Assembly: GCA_963706285.1 (NCBI GenBank)
Contig: CAVPLU010000004.1
Coordinates: 384,001 to 448,000 of the forward strand
Direction of reading: 5' to 3'
Source: Candidatus Bathyarchaeota archaeon
GTDB lineage: Archaea > Thermoproteota > Bathyarchaeia > 40CM-2-53-6
Length of the DNA stretch: 64,000 bases
The position numbers and the translations under genes are program-made. This document shows, in pieces, positions 63,538 through 64,000 of this stretch. The notes under the pieces are model-generated. The model was not told the DNA's origin. It saw only the letters and a program-made list of their open reading frames with translations, and did not search any database. Numbering within the stretch: position 1 is the stretch's first letter; the number at the start of each line of letters is the position of its first letter.

Positions 63538-63765
63538 ATGAAAGAGCTCACGCACGCCGACGCTTCTCAGATAAGCGCAGCCAAGAACTGGGGCTACGCT
63601 TTCATTCTCCTAGCAGCAGTCTCAGCATTCTTCTTGACTCTGAGGCTGATCGGGCGAGCTTTCATTGTTCCCGAGTTTGAAGTCCTAGTGATCTATTTGC
63701 CGACGGTCATCTGTCTGCTGATCTATGTGACGATGGTGCGGCCTTTCCGTCGAGCGAACCTATGA
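63538..63765 (+). CDS. Small two-TM membrane protein
   Basis: Two hydrophobic helices directly after rpoK. Confidence 0.5.
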   Translation: MKELTHADASQISAAKNWGYAFILLAAVSAFFLTLRLIGRAFIVPEFEVLVIYLPTVICLLIYVTMVRPFRRANL

Positions 63766-64000
63766 TCGTTGATCTACCAGACAGGCCAAGTTTGCCTAGC
63801 CGCCTGATGCATTGGCATGCTTATTGGCTGAGGATACCAAGGTTGCGGCTGAGCTGGGCCTATCGAGCATAGCGGGCAAAGCACAATTTCGAAGTAGGGG
63901 CGAACGCATAACCTACAAAGCAGGCGACCGCAACGACCACATATGTTTGTTGCAACTGCGTCGGGATGGAAAGAGCATAGCGATGAGGCGTTAGGCTCTG

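Overview
Gene-dense archaeal chromosome segment. Its markers (crenarchaeal-type PolB, Gins23-MCM, RPS25e, Alba, Cren7-like zinc ribbon, TiaS, class I LysRS, CofE) point to a TACK lineage, plausibly Bathyarchaeia; that assignment is inference. It contains a replication cluster (cdc6, rfcL, rfcS, gins, mcm, hel308), with topA and polB further along; an oxidative-stress/2-oxoacid oxidoreductase block; a Tat metal-binding protein plus MacB/LolCDE-type ABC operon; glycosyltransferases; thermosome and rpoK. The most striking signal is absent from the ORF track: four minus-strand tRNA genes (iMet, Ala, His, Arg), each interrupted by several bulge-helix-bulge (BHB) type introns, 9 in total and 6 at non-canonical positions. 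The initiator tRNA-Met has three introns, one apparently inside the acceptor stem (71/72), so A1-U72, A73 and the encoded CCA are only assembled by splicing. Several genes carry single-base frameshifts that look like consensus errors. No CRISPR array, rRNA or transposase was recognised.
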